Shown: positions 20,319 to 31,901, counted from the stretch's first letter. The stretch is DNA of 64,000 bases from an uncultured Spirochaetota bacterium (GCA_963783575.1 CAWAOD010000003.1:160001-224000); one strand, 5' to 3'. The notes: generated from the letters alone by a model not told the origin. Translations and numbers: made by a program.

Positions 20319-20500
20319 TAAGGTATATATCGGAAAGTTGTTCGGATAAAATTGAGTAAAATCTTATAAAAAGTCATTTTATCTTTAATCTGAGTTTTCC
20401 GGTTTTCCAAAAAAAAAACAATATAAGAATTATTTTTATTCACTCATATGATAGTTAAGCTTTTGAAAAATGTAAAGAGGTAAATAGTTCCAAAAGGAAT

Positions 20501-20532
20501 ATATGCAAATATTTATATTCATATTTGCATAT
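20501..20532. promoter_or_regulatory. Perfect 12-8-12 inverted repeat in divergent promoter region
   Basis: ATATGCAAATAT-TTATATTC-ATATTTGCATAT. Confidence 0.4.
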
Positions 20533-20607
20533 CGGCAATGTTTCTGATAAAATAAATAATAAAACAATCTGGAAATAATCCAAGAAAAAACTAGTGGGCA
20601 AACGGCA

Positions 20608-21726
20608 ATGAATGTTGTTATGATATCCGGCGATTGGCCGCCATCGATTTCCGGCGTAGCAGACGCGATGAAAATCTACGCCGATTATTTTTTTAGGAAC
20701 AAAGCCGGTAATTTCATTGTAATAACAACCGAAGGCAATAATTTAAACCCGTTCCTTAACCGGGAATTTAAAATATTTGACTGCGTAAAAAACTGGACTT
20801 TCGGAGACTTAAGAATAATACTTAAAATTTTAATGCAAATCAAACCCGATGTTGTTCATATCCAATATCCGTTAACAGTATATAAAAAAAAACTTTTTAT
20901 CAATTTTCTACCAATGATGCTGAAATTTTACAGGTTTAAGACTGTCATCACTATTCATGAATATTCATATAATCTAAGTATTAAAGGCAGGATGCGATTA
21001 TGGCCGACAATCCTCTTCTCAAATTTTATTCTTGTTGCCGAACCGGTCTACATACGGCATATAAAGAAAATATTTCCCTGGAAGATGGTTGAAACCATTA
21101 ATATTGCATCGAACGTTCCGCCATCATTATTAACGATGAGGGAAAAGGCTGATTTGAGAAGAAAAATTACTGGCGGTGAAAATACTATTTTGCTTGGTCA
21201 TTTTGGGTTTATTAATAGGAATAAAATTCTTTCCCCACTGCTGGCTGTTTTAAAGCGTCTAAACCTAAACGGAAGAAAAGCAAAGCTTATATTTATCGGT
21301 GACATTGGCACTGATTCCGGCCATATAAATAATTTACATGATGAAATCAAAAGTCTTTCGATTGAAAACGACTGTATATTTACAGGGCACCTGGAGGATT
21401 ACCGGGCAGCGGATTATTTATCAGTTCTTGATTTTGCGGTACTCCTGTTTCAAAGCGGTTTATCTGCCAGAAACGCAACATTTCTCGCGGCAATGAGCCA
21501 GGGAATAAAAATTATCACAACTGTAAACCCACTTTACAAGCTTGAAAATGAAAACATATTTTTTGTAGAAAATAATAAAGATATTGAAGAAAAACTTTAT
21601 CAAATTATTAATGAAAAAATAGGTTTACAAACAAAGTATATTGGAGCTGAATTTTATAATAACGGATGGATTAGATATCTTGAAAAGCATCTGGAAGTTT
21701 ATAACAGGATTAATAAAAAAATTTAA
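20608..21726 (+). CDS. GT4-like glycosyltransferase
   Basis: WPPSISGVAD, PDVVHIQYP, TIHE, HFGFINRNK; GT-B pattern. Confidence 0.85.
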   Translation: MNVVMISGDWPPSISGVADAMKIYADYFFRNKAGNFIVITTEGNNLNPFLNREFKIFDCVKNWTFGDLRIILKILMQIKPDVVHIQYPLTVYKKKLFINFLPMMLKFYRFKTVITIHEYSYNLSIKGRMRLWPTILFSNFILVAEPVYIRHIKKIFPWKMVETINIASNVPPSLLTMREKADLRRKITGGENTILLGHFGFINRNKILSPLLAVLKRLNLNGRKAKLIFIGDIGTDSGHINNLHDEIKSLSIENDCIFTGHLEDYRAADYLSVLDFAVLLFQSGLSARNATFLAAMSQGIKIITTVNPLYKLENENIFFVENNKDIEEKLYQIINEKIGLQTKYIGAEFYNNGWIRYLEKHLEVYNRINKKI

Positions 21727-21735
21727 GGGGTATAT

Positions 21736-23528
21736 ATGGATAAACGAAATCCCGGAATTTATCTCAATCATATCGGTTTTTTAACTGATACACGAAAACG
21801 TTTTGTGACAGACGATATAGAGGCTGGATATTTTGAAATACAGGATATGGCTGTAAATACAAAGGAAGAATTCGGTGAATTTGAAAACTGGAAGACAATT
21901 TTCAGGGGAGATTTAATACAATCTACAACGGATATGGGAAAATTCCTCACCGGGGATTTTTCAACTTTAAAAACGCCAGGGGTTTACCGCATATTGATCC
22001 CGGAAACAGGATTAAGGTCATATATATTTTTAATAAGCGATGGGGCTTACACGCTGATCCCCGATCTTTTTCTTAACTTTATACACATCCGCCGTTCCGG
22101 CGCCTTCGATCACCCTTACCGGGGCCCTTCACATCTTGACGACGGTATCAGGAACGACACAAAAGAACCCTATCCTCTTAAAGGGGGATGGTATGATGCC
22201 GGAGATCTGCGTAAATGGATGACTCATGCCAATTACCCTGTTTTTGGATTTCTTGATTTTTCTAAACGGAAAGAGTTTTTAAGGTCTGCCCTGGCCGATG
22301 AAAATATCAGCCGGAATGACTGGATTACCGAGAGCGCATGGGCGATAAATTATATTTTATCAATGCAGGATAAAGAAAGCGGGCAATTTTTCGAGGAGAC
22401 AGGCGGTGGAGGCGAAGCCCGAAGATACAGCGGCATGTCCTGGTGGTACGACAATCATTCGGGATGTTATGCGGACAACTCTCAGAATTATTTTACAGAT
22501 AATAAGCCCGGCTCCGGTGATGAACGCATCATTCGAACTGATTATAACCCGATTGTCCAGTATATTTCAATTGTAACGCTCTGCAAGTTCGCAAAAGCCG
22601 TAGAAAAAGAAAAACCTGAATTCACAAAAGAATGCCTTGAATCGGCCCGCCGGGCATGGATATACACAAACAGTAAGAAGGATGACGATCCTCTGCATAA
22701 ATGGACTTCTGTCAGGGCATGGAGACTTTCCGCCCATCTGGAGCTTTATTTGAACAAAATTTGCGGTCAAAATGAAATCATTTCGTCATACACAGAAATT
22801 GAGGAATGTTTCAGCGGTAATATCGGATATTTTATGATGGAGAAAGATGGCAAGGAGCCATATCGCGGTATAATACATTCAGCTTTCCCAATATTGGCCC
22901 TGTGTGATTTTGTTGAGAATTTTTCCACTGCCCCTGAAACCTTAAGGGCTAAAGAACTGCTTATGAAAATTATTGACCGATATGCAATACCGCTGACGCT
23001 TACAAATCCTTTCGGAATCATTCCTTACGGGCTCTTCTCCGCAGAGAATACGCCGGTTGATTACTATCATAAATGGAAAAACGGAGTTTTCTACCGTTTT
23101 TCATGCCGGTTCATTCGACTCAAAGGGTAAGCCATGGATTGTCCAGCCACTGGACCCAGTGGGCGCATACTTTATCCCGCTGCGCAGGTATTTTGAACCG
23201 GCCGGAATTGAAAGACGCGGCATGGGACCAGCTTTACTGGCTCTTCGGTGGAAATCCCCTGAACGCCTGTATGGTGAGCGGCATCGGTTATAATAATCCA
23301 ATGCCCCACTCAAGGTTTTATGGGATGATCCCCGGCGGTTTTATGATAGGACCGCGCGGAAATGAAAATGATGAAATCAGTATTGATCTTGAGCGATATG
23401 CGGAATGGGCAACAACAGAGTATTGGAATTATCCTGTCGGGAATACTCTGCAGGCCTTTCACAGGCTTTTCCCGGATCGTTTTGATCCCGATAAAAAATT
23501 GGGTATAACAAACCCGAATATTTCATAA
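21736..23528 (+). pseudogene. Glycoside hydrolase family 9 protein, frameshifted near 23097-23101
   Basis: N-terminal Ig-like region (DFSTLKTPGVYRI) and GGWYDAGD; the C-terminal GH9 part (WLFGGNP..MVSGIG..PHSR, TTEYW) is in another frame; one extra T in CGTTTTTCATG gives YRFFMPVH. Confidence 0.8.
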
Positions 23529-25379
23529 CTTATAGAATTGGAACCTGTTTTTCCCGAGAGATTTGGCAATATAAAGCGCCTGATCTGCTTTATGAAGAAG
23601 CTCTTCCGGTTCTTCACCGTCACTGGGAAATATGCTGATTCCTATACTGGCAGTGATAATTATATCATCAGAATTAATCCGGTAAGGAAGATTAATTTCA
23701 TGAAGGATCTTTTCAGCTAAAACTTTTATTGATTTTTTTCTTATAATAAAAGGCAGCAACACAGCAAATTCATCACCGCCAAGCCGGCAGGTTATATCAC
23801 TATCCCTAAGGCAACTTTTTAGTCTTAATGCGGCATGTTTCAAAAGAATATCACCGGTCGCATGGCTGTATTTATCGTTCACCTTCTTAAATTCATCCAG
23901 ATCCATAAAAAGTACGGCCAGAAGGTATTTTTTCGAATATGCCTGGTTAAATGAAAGCTGAAGATGTTTCATAAACAGGATACGGTTGGCTAAACCGGTT
24001 AAAGGGTAATGTTCCGCCTGGTATTTAAAATTCTCCTCCCTTTCAACTCTTTCGGTAATATCCATAAAAAATATAACAACTGTATTTATTTTTACAGGCA
24101 AAGTATGGATTTCAAATATCCTGGGTTCTCCATCAATATAATAATTAAAACGGTCTAATTTCAGCATGCCCCCTTCATTTAATATCCGGTTGATTTCATT
24201 AATGAAATCAATACTTACAAGTTCCGGATAAATTTCCACAATATTTTTGTTGTAATATTTTTTGGTATCCGCATGAAGAATTGAATCGGCAGCCTGATTG
24301 CTTTCAACAATCAATAACTGCCCATGCTGATCCTGTTCCACTAAAAAAGCCCCTATCGGCGCCGAATCTATTATCTGCCTAAGGTTGATTTCCGATTGCC
24401 GAAGCGCTTCTTCAGTCTTTTTCCAGGCGGTAATATCCTTATCAACACCTCTGAAGCCTGTCAGGTTATTATCCTTATCCAGAATCGGGCTGGCATTTGT
24501 GAGGAAAAACACAGGTTTCCCGCTCTTATGAATGTACCTATGCATCATTTCCGTTATACTTCCCTTATCTTTTCTTGCAGAATTAAAAATATTACGGAGT
24601 GCCGATAAATCATCCTCCGGGCATAGATCAAAAGGAGACATCCCAATCAGCTCTTCCGGGGAATACCCCAGCAAATCAATTGTTCTGCCGCTTGTATACT
24701 GATAATTCCAGTATTTATCAACTTCCCATATAATATCGTTACTGCTGAAGGCTATATCCTTTAACCTTTGTTCTGAGTTATGAAGCTCAAAATTCTTTTG
24801 AAGTATCGTATTATAATTCCTGGCCCGCAGGTATTCAAAAAAAGCTGATATAGCGTAAACCGCGAAAAATGAGCACATATATCTAATTTTATAATGGAAA
24901 TCATATTTTTGCGCATACGGCAGTGAATCGATATTAAAAAAGATTATCACCAGAAACATATATGATAAAACCAGGATTGATCCTTCCAATGGCCCAAGAA
25001 GGAATAAGACAAAGAGGGGAAATGGATAAGTCCAGAGAGTGCCTGTCTGAAATATGCCGCCTGTGTATACCAGATATAAAAAAAGCAGCCCCATTACATA
25101 AACACCAAGCCGGCCGTATAAGTCATAATTTCTTGTTATTGTGAGGGCAACTGCTAACAGGCACAGCACGAAAGCGGTGATTAGCTCCAATACTCCGATT
25201 AACCTGTGCCCTATAAAAAGGATATAGATACCATATGGGACTAAAATAAAAAAACAAACAAAAAAAGCGAAATATAACAGGATAATTTTTGAAAGACGCT
25301 CCAGGTTTTCCAGATCAGCAGTATTATTTGATGAATCCCCGAAAATCACCTTCAGCAGGTTTACCGTTTTAATTGACAT
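23523..25379 (-). CDS. Membrane PAS-PAS-GGDEF diguanylate cyclase
   Basis: 5-6 TM helices, PAS motifs (LLGYSPEELIG, GVDKDIT), DLDEFKKVND, RDSD I-site, RLGGDEF, ADQALY.AK..GKN. Confidence 0.93.
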   Translation of the reverse strand: MSIKTVNLLKVIFGDSSNNTADLENLERLSKIILLYFAFFVCFFILVPYGIYILFIGHRLIGVLELITAFVLCLLAVALTITRNYDLYGRLGVYVMGLLFLYLVYTGGIFQTGTLWTYPFPLFVLFLLGPLEGSILVLSYMFLVIIFFNIDSLPYAQKYDFHYKIRYMCSFFAVYAISAFFEYLRARNYNTILQKNFELHNSEQRLKDIAFSSNDIIWEVDKYWNYQYTSGRTIDLLGYSPEELIGMSPFDLCPEDDLSALRNIFNSARKDKGSITEMMHRYIHKSGKPVFFLTNASPILDKDNNLTGFRGVDKDITAWKKTEEALRQSEINLRQIIDSAPIGAFLVEQDQHGQLLIVESNQAADSILHADTKKYYNKNIVEIYPELVSIDFINEINRILNEGGMLKLDRFNYYIDGEPRIFEIHTLPVKINTVVIFFMDITERVEREENFKYQAEHYPLTGLANRILFMKHLQLSFNQAYSKKYLLAVLFMDLDEFKKVNDKYSHATGDILLKHAALRLKSCLRDSDITCRLGGDEFAVLLPFIIRKKSIKVLAEKILHEINLPYRINSDDIIITASIGISIFPSDGEEPEELLHKADQALYIAKSLGKNRFQFYKL

Positions 25380-25722
25380 GCGCCCCCCTGACCCAACCGC
25401 ATATTTAATTTTTGTTAATACCGGAAAAACATCTGTTAATTATTATTAAATATACCCCCGTTAATAGAAACATTAATTATATAATAATATGAATGTGAAG
25501 ATAAGTAAATAATATTTGAAAGTTTATTTTGATAGTAATGAAGCATGTACGGGTTCACTGAAAATTAGCATAAATCTTAAAATGTTTAATAAACAGTATT
25601 TTATTGGTGTCATATCTTATTTTATAACAATGAGTTATAAATGCAATTAGAAAAGGTTGGTTATAGTTTTCAAATTTTAACTCATTTTTCAGTGAACCCA
25701 TGTTCGGCAGAAAATGATGGTT

Positions 25723-26911
25723 TTACTTTTCATGCCAGGCAGTCTGTTCTGAATTTTCTACGCTTTTTATGCTGAAACTGCCTATCTTATTTTTGGCAGC
25801 GGTTCTGATCGAGAAAAGAGAGCCGGAACGCTTGACACAATCTCCGGAAAAGTATTCTTTACTCCAACAGCCGCCGGCAAACCGGTTTAATAATTCTCCA
25901 AGCTCTTTTTCATTGCCTTCGGGAAAAATCAAACGGCTGTCACCTAAAACCCCGGGTATTTCCCCCCGATGAAGAACCGATAACCGGAGTGCCGCAGGCC
26001 TGGCATTCGATAATAACCCTTCCGAACTGCTCTTTCCACCAGGATTTTGTTTTTGAAGGAAGAACCAGCACATCCAGACAATTATAAAAATATGGAAGTT
26101 TATCTATACCAAGGCTCCCCAGGAAATATACATAATCCTGGCAGCCTTCATTCAGAATTAGTTTTCTCAATTCTTCAATATAATTCTCATTGCCTGCGCC
26201 AGCAATGTATAATGAGAAATTTCCAACCAATCCTTTAATATACTTGAGTGATAATATCAGGGTATCAATTCCCTTCTCTTCAGCAATCCGGGCTGCGAAC
26301 CCGATTTTAAATTTCTTACCCGCCATTTCCGGAAAATACCTTATAGATTCTTCAAAAGGCATTGGTTTGAATCTATCTGTATTAACAAAATACGTGGTTT
26401 TATAAAGTTTATTCCCCGCTCCCTTATCTTTATAAATACCAATTCCATCTTTTGATACAACGGCAAGCCTGAATATTTTTCGTAAAACGAACTTTTCAAA
26501 CCATTTATATGGTACAGGATGCCTGACGGGAAGATTTTCATCCGATTCTATTGATATTTTCGCTTTAGGAACAAATAACCCACACAACAGCATAATTTCA
26601 AAACAGGCAGATGAAAACGGTTCTTCTTTAATATAAATAAAATCAGGCCTGGCTTTCAAAAGTATAAAAACAATTTTAAAAATGTTAAGGTAAAAAAAAG
26701 ATCGGATATGATTTGTAAAAACGGTTTTCAAAGGATAAATTCGGTAATTTCTATCGATAGAATCATCTCTTTGAAAATATTGTTTTTTGGAACTCTCAAT
26801 CCATTTTTCCGCCGTAATTACAGTTAATTCCGTTCCCTGCCGAGCAATTTCCTTGAATAAATAACGGTATTCCTTTTCAACACCCGCATGCCATATGTAT
26901 AGCAATTTCAA
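25723..26911 (-). pseudogene. GT4 glycosyltransferase, frameshifted in a G6 run (25962-25967)
   Basis: EKGID, EQFGRVIIECQACGTPVIGSS; removing one G restores SGEIPGVLGDSRLIFPEG of the 25723-26073 ORF. Confidence 0.85.
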
Positions 26912-26913
26912 AT

Positions 26914-28359
26914 TTAACTCCTTTTTATAAACGGATTCAGCCTGCTTTTGTAAATCTCGCCCAGAAGGCTTTCCTTAAGAAGGGTCAATACTCCAAGATA
27001 AACAATCATTCCGGCGGTTCCTGCTATTATGAAATCTAACAGGTAAAAAAAGTTCAGCCTTTTACAGAGGATAATTACTGCAGCCATCGGTACCGCTGAA
27101 ATGAGGTAGTACAGATTTTCATGGTCAAGAAAGCCTTTTTTTAAATACTGCCAGCCAAAAGCCACCTGTAATATACAGACTAAAAACTGGGAAAGAATAA
27201 GCGCAAGGGCAGACCCGTTCTGTTTCATGACCGGTATGAACAGAATATTAAGAACCAAAGAAACAATAATGCCCATAATGATGCAGAACAGATATTTTCT
27301 TTCCTGCCCGGTCGAATATAGTGTCTGTTCTCCTGTTAATCTTGCAAGCCCGGTTAATACTAAGATTGGACTCATTATTTTTATGGTATCTACTGAATTT
27401 GTAAATTTAATGCCCCCAAAAAAAAGAGCGAGATAATCAGAAAGAAAAATAGCGCATACGCAAAAAGGAATTGAAAGAAGAAAAATGAATTTCATTGATT
27501 TGTTTAAAATGGAATGGATATTATCGATTTTATTATTACTGAAATAATTTGATATCCTGGGCATTAATACCGTTGAAATAGAGGTTATAAATATGAGTAT
27601 TGTCTGCAGGACTTTATCCGCAAGCGAGTAATATCCGACATCCTTATCGCCCGTCATAAAACCCAGGATAACTTTTTCAAGTCCAAGGGATAAGGAAAAA
27701 ATTATCAGAAAGGTGGTAAGGAGATAGGGCATATGTTTTTTCAGCGAAAGGCTTCTCCATTGCAATTTAACAATGTTTTTTAAGTTGAAGCAATTTACAA
27801 CATCCGCACCTATGACCGGGATCAGGCTGACTGCGGCATATTTGACAAAATCGTCATTCCTCAATACGGCTATAAAAATCATTGCGGTGCTTATGACTTT
27901 TAAAATGCTGTTCCTCAGAGAAATATAAGGATACTTTTCGAGGCCTGAATAAAGCCAGTCCATTGAGAGGGGATTCAACAGGATGCTTGCCCCAAAAACA
28001 AGATACAGCGGTAATTCACTTCGAATTTTCGGAACAAATAAAAGCAGTAAAATGTAAAATATTAATGATATTACAGTAAAAATTATACTTATAAAAAAAA
28101 GCTCTGAAAATACCCGGTCTAATTTTTCCCTGTCGTTCCTGGCTTTAGCGATTTCACGCATTCCGTAAAGCGGAAGTCCGAGACTGGAAATAAGTAAAAA
28201 ATAATTGGCTATAGACGCGGCAAAGTTTACCATGCCGAAGCTTTCAGGGCCCAATACCCTGGTTATGTAAGGATATGTTATAAGTGAAAGAAAAGTGTTT
28301 ATAAAACTCATTGTAACATTATAGATATAATTCTTTCTGATAGAAGGAATTTGTTTCAT
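26914..28359 (-). CDS. Wzx-type polysaccharide flippase
   Basis: SIRKNYIYN, YPYITRVLGP..FG, LGLPLYG.REIA, VGYYS, VLMPRIS; about 14 TM; ATG 28359 after GGGAGA. Confidence 0.9.
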   Translation of the reverse strand: MKQIPSIRKNYIYNVTMSFINTFLSLITYPYITRVLGPESFGMVNFAASIANYFLLISSLGLPLYGMREIAKARNDREKLDRVFSELFFISIIFTVISLIFYILLLLFVPKIRSELPLYLVFGASILLNPLSMDWLYSGLEKYPYISLRNSILKVISTAMIFIAVLRNDDFVKYAAVSLIPVIGADVVNCFNLKNIVKLQWRSLSLKKHMPYLLTTFLIIFSLSLGLEKVILGFMTGDKDVGYYSLADKVLQTILIFITSISTVLMPRISNYFSNNKIDNIHSILNKSMKFIFLLSIPFCVCAIFLSDYLALFFGGIKFTNSVDTIKIMSPILVLTGLARLTGEQTLYSTGQERKYLFCIIMGIIVSLVLNILFIPVMKQNGSALALILSQFLVCILQVAFGWQYLKKGFLDHENLYYLISAVPMAAVIILCKRLNFFYLLDFIIAGTAGMIVYLGVLTLLKESLLGEIYKSRLNPFIKRS

Positions 28360-28581
28360 AATTCTCCCGGCGGACGGATAATTTATTTGATCTATCTGGT
28401 AAAACGGCATATATGATATCAAAAGGTTTGATGAAAGTCAATTTGCGGCAGAAAATATTGAAAACCACAAAGATCATAAATCAGATTTTAATCCGCTTGT
28501 AAAATTTAATAATAATATATTAAAACGATGCCGGAGTCAAATGATGACTGGAAAAATACAAAAATAAAATAAAAATTTCTC

Positions 28582-28627
28582 TTGACAATCATAATGAATA
28601 ATGATATAATATATCTAAACGATATAT
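28582..28627 (+). promoter_or_regulatory. Consensus sigma70 promoter plus palindromic operator for the PadR operon
   Basis: TTGACA(28582)-17-TATAAT(28605) with extended TG; ATATATC-N5-GATATAT at 28609-28627 covers the expected start site. Confidence 0.8.
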
Positions 28628-28638
28628 ATAGGATCGAT

Positions 28639-29145
28639 ATGTTAGAACAATGTATTTTAGGTTTTTTAAATTATAAGCCGATGACCGGATACGAAATTAA
28701 AGGGTTTATGGGAAACAGCACGCAGCATTTTATGTTCGCAAGTTACGGAAGCATTTATCCTGCGCTGCGCCGGCTGGAAAAAAGGAAATGGATTGAATCG
28801 GCTCAAAAGGTTGAAAACGGCCGGATGAAAATCACCTACTCCATAACAGACGAAGGTAAAAGCGAATTTATAAACTGGCTTTCATCCGAATGGAACTTTA
28901 ATAATGGGATAGAAGGAATGCTTTTACACATTTTTTTCGGCAGTTTTTTACCGACCGAAAAAATTAAATTAAAATTTGAGGAGCTGATTCAAGCCATTGA
29001 AAAAAGACGCCAGGATTTGTGCGCCATTGAAACAACTATTCCGGAAAACCATGAGAATTCGTTTGAATATGCAACCCTTGTTTTTGGTAAGGATTTTTAT
29101 GCTTTTACAGAAAATTGGCTATCGGAATTTATAAAGAAAATTTAA
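28639..29145 (+). CDS. PadR-family transcriptional regulator
   Basis: ILGFL..PMTGYEIK, SYGSIYPALRRLE, YSITDEG. Confidence 0.93.
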   Translation: MLEQCILGFLNYKPMTGYEIKGFMGNSTQHFMFASYGSIYPALRRLEKRKWIESAQKVENGRMKITYSITDEGKSEFINWLSSEWNFNNGIEGMLLHIFFGSFLPTEKIKLKFEELIQAIEKRRQDLCAIETTIPENHENSFEYATLVFGKDFYAFTENWLSEFIKKI

Positions 29146-29171
29146 TGAAAGAAAGTATTTTCTATTGGAAT

Positions 29172-29266
29172 TCCCTCGTAAGAGCTCGGGATAAGCTCCA
29201 CATAGCTGAGATGAATTAACCTGATCAAGCGGCCTGTCCTGAGCACGACGAAGGGGCACGCTTGTT
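29172..29266. repeat. REP-like units (family B)
   Basis: TCCCTCGTAAGAGCTCGGGATAAGCTCC and TCAAGCGGCCTGTCCTGAGCACGACGAAGGGGCACGCTTGTT; ends match those of 6009-6223. Confidence 0.6.
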
Positions 29267-29302
29267 AAAGTCTGTATAGAACAAATTTCAGGAGGCAATG
29301 GT

Positions 29303-30187
29303 ATGGATCCAATTTTCATTGAAAAAGAAACCTGCAGAAAGTGCGGATTATGCGCCGAAGTTTGCCCTAACAAAATAATCAAAAAGAATGAAAATAAAAA
29401 TTTGGAAATTCAGCCGGACAGAATAGAACTCTGTTTTAAATGCGGCCAATGTATGGCTATATGCCCTACAAAATCAATAAATATTGAGGGATTATCATAC
29501 TTAAAAGATTTTTTTGATCTTCCAAAACAGGAATCTTATGAAGAGGGATTTTTTAATCTTCTCTATTCAAGAAGAGCTGTCAGAAACTTTTCTAACAGGC
29601 CTGTAACCAGAGATGCCTTGGAAAAAATCGTTAAAGCAATATCATTTGCCCCTCCTGGTTTTCCTCCTATTAAAACCGAACTTATAGTTATACAAAATAA
29701 GCAGTTAATAGAAAAGGCTTTGCCTTATATGATCGAATTATTTGATTTTCTTGTAAAAGCTATGGGTAACCCGGTAATTAGAATGTTTATTAAAAAGGAG
29801 ACCGGCAAAAAGCGCTTTGCAACCATGAGAAAGCATTTGATACCCATGATGATTAAAAGACTGCCTTTTTTGAAAAACGGTTCGGAAAACACCATAACAC
29901 GTGATGCCCCGGCAATGATCCTCTTTCTGGCAAACCGTGACGGTGAAGATATCAGGGAAGATATTTTTATTGCCGCCAGTTTTGGTATCCTAGCCGCTCA
30001 TGCAATTGGTTTAGGCGGTTCAATTATGGACATCATACCGCCGGCAATTGAAAAAAAGAAAGAACTTAGAAAATTGTTTAATGTATCGGATGATCAGGAG
30101 GTTGTAGCATCAATAATTATAGGTTATCCTAAATATAAATACCAGAGGGGAATAAACAGAAAAATAAAAAACATTAAATGGCTATAA
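29303..30187 (+). CDS. Nitroreductase with N-terminal 2x[4Fe-4S] ferredoxin domain
   Basis: CRKCGLCAEVCP, CFKCGQCMAICP, RRAVRNF, AP, GYP. Confidence 0.93.
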   Translation: MDPIFIEKETCRKCGLCAEVCPNKIIKKNENKNLEIQPDRIELCFKCGQCMAICPTKSINIEGLSYLKDFFDLPKQESYEEGFFNLLYSRRAVRNFSNRPVTRDALEKIVKAISFAPPGFPPIKTELIVIQNKQLIEKALPYMIELFDFLVKAMGNPVIRMFIKKETGKKRFATMRKHLIPMMIKRLPFLKNGSENTITRDAPAMILFLANRDGEDIREDIFIAASFGILAAHAIGLGGSIMDIIPPAIEKKKELRKLFNVSDDQEVVASIIIGYPKYKYQRGINRKIKNIKWL

Positions 30188-30219
30188 ATTATAATTTAAT
30201 TATAGATAGGAGTATGCAC

Positions 30220-30780
30220 ATGAAAGCAGTAATCATTTCTGATAAGGAGTTTCAGAACGCGCTTTATCAAAAACTTAAAAAACAAACAACCGGGTTTTTA
30301 ATAGATAAAGTCTTTGAGACAGAAACCATAGATATTGGAAGGGAAGATCTCGCATTCTGCATGGGGTGCTTCGGCTGCTGGATTGAAAAGCCCGGTGAAT
30401 GTGTAATCAATGATAAGATATCACAGATCAACCGGAAGTTTATTAACAGTGATGTTGTAATTTATCTCAATCCAGTGACCTTTGGACAGTTCAGCGCCAA
30501 TATCAAAAATGCTATCGACAGATGGCTACCCAATATTCTTCCTTTCTTTATAAGAAGGCCCGATGGTTCAACAATGCATCCCTCCAGATATGATTCACTT
30601 CCAAAACAAATTATCATCGGATACGGTGAGGACCTTTCAGAGGATGATATTAAGCTTTTTATAGATATTATAGAAAAACATAGAAGAAATATTGAAGTTT
30701 TAATTTATCAAAATAACAGCAAAGATATTTCCGAAGAATTGAATAAAATAAACCTTGAAAAGGTGGGTAAAAACTTATGA
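30220..30780 (+). CDS. Iron-sulfur flavoprotein / NADPH-dependent FMN reductase family
   Basis: CMGCFGCW..PGECVIND, IKNAIDR; ATG 30220 after AGGAG. Confidence 0.8.
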   Translation: MKAVIISDKEFQNALYQKLKKQTTGFLIDKVFETETIDIGREDLAFCMGCFGCWIEKPGECVINDKISQINRKFINSDVVIYLNPVTFGQFSANIKNAIDRWLPNILPFFIRRPDGSTMHPSRYDSLPKQIIIGYGEDLSEDDIKLFIDIIEKHRRNIEVLIYQNNSKDISEELNKINLEKVGKNL

Positions 30781-31448
30781 GAAGTATTGTTTTAATAGAC
30801 GGAAGTCCTAAGATTAAAGAAAGTTCATTATCAAAACATCTTGCTGAAATGGCGGGAAGTTATATTGATAATTCCTATGCCGAGAAAACATATATAAATG
30901 TCCGGCAAAGTATGATAAAACATATTACTCAATCTGATTTTGAAAAAATGTCTGAGGCCGAAGCCATAATTATTACCTTCCCTCTTTACATATTCTGCAT
31001 GCCGGGTATCTTAACCAGGTTTTTACAGGATTATTATCAATTCTTTCTGATACAAGGAAAAACATCAAATAACCCGAAAGTATATGCAATTGTAAACTGC
31101 GGATTTCCCGAACCTGAAATAAATTTTGAGGCTGTGAGGGTTATCAGGAGTTTTTGCCTTCATATTAACGCCAATTTCCGTTTCGGTATAATGATCGGCG
31201 GAGGAGGAATGCTGATTGATGCCCTGGATGCTCCCTTTATGAAAAAGACACTGGATAAATTGAGCAATTCCTTTATAACAATAGCAAAGGATATTAAAAC
31301 CAATAGCGTGGAAAGGCTTAATAACATTAATATTACCATGAATTTCCCGGGATGGCTTTATCTGTTCATGGCCAGCAGAGGCTGGTTTAGCATGGCCCGT
31401 CAGAATGGTCTCAAAAAAAAGGAACTTTATAATAAGCCATATCTGTAA
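30777..31448 (+). CDS. Flavodoxin-like NAD(P)H-dependent oxidoreductase
   Basis: IDGSPK, FPLY..MPG, NCGFPE; ATGA overlap with the previous gene. Confidence 0.8.
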   Translation: MRSIVLIDGSPKIKESSLSKHLAEMAGSYIDNSYAEKTYINVRQSMIKHITQSDFEKMSEAEAIIITFPLYIFCMPGILTRFLQDYYQFFLIQGKTSNNPKVYAIVNCGFPEPEINFEAVRVIRSFCLHINANFRFGIMIGGGGMLIDALDAPFMKKTLDKLSNSFITIAKDIKTNSVERLNNINITMNFPGWLYLFMASRGWFSMARQNGLKKKELYNKPYL

Positions 31449-31901
31449 AAGAGGATAGTTCATTATGAATAGATGTATTTTATTCTCCCGAATTTTATCT
31501 TTTAATATTATAATTCTTTATTCATGCTCGTATGTCTGGGCTGCTTCAGCTGATAATTTCATCCGATTTCTTCCCGAATCGAATCTATAGCGGCTTTCCG
31601 GACTGGAATCACTAACGAATACTTCCTTGTTTTGGGAACAAATCTGTCAATAATGAGATATAGTTTCCAACCGAAATAATCTGGATAAATTATGAAATTG
31701 ATTCCGGAAATAATGACTTCAAAAAGCAAAAACCCTTCACACTGATATCGTCAATATTCAATATCCTCAACATATCAAATTTTATTTGATTAAAGACTTT
31801 TTTGACAGAATCAACGTTAGTATATAAACTTTACAAACTGAAATTTGAAAATCAAAACCCGATTTTTAAAGAAATAATATTCCAAATTCCGGAGGATTAA
31901 T

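Noticed and set aside
31470..31800. Possible degraded gene in the intergenic gap
   Set aside because: Only short open stretches with no recognisable motif.
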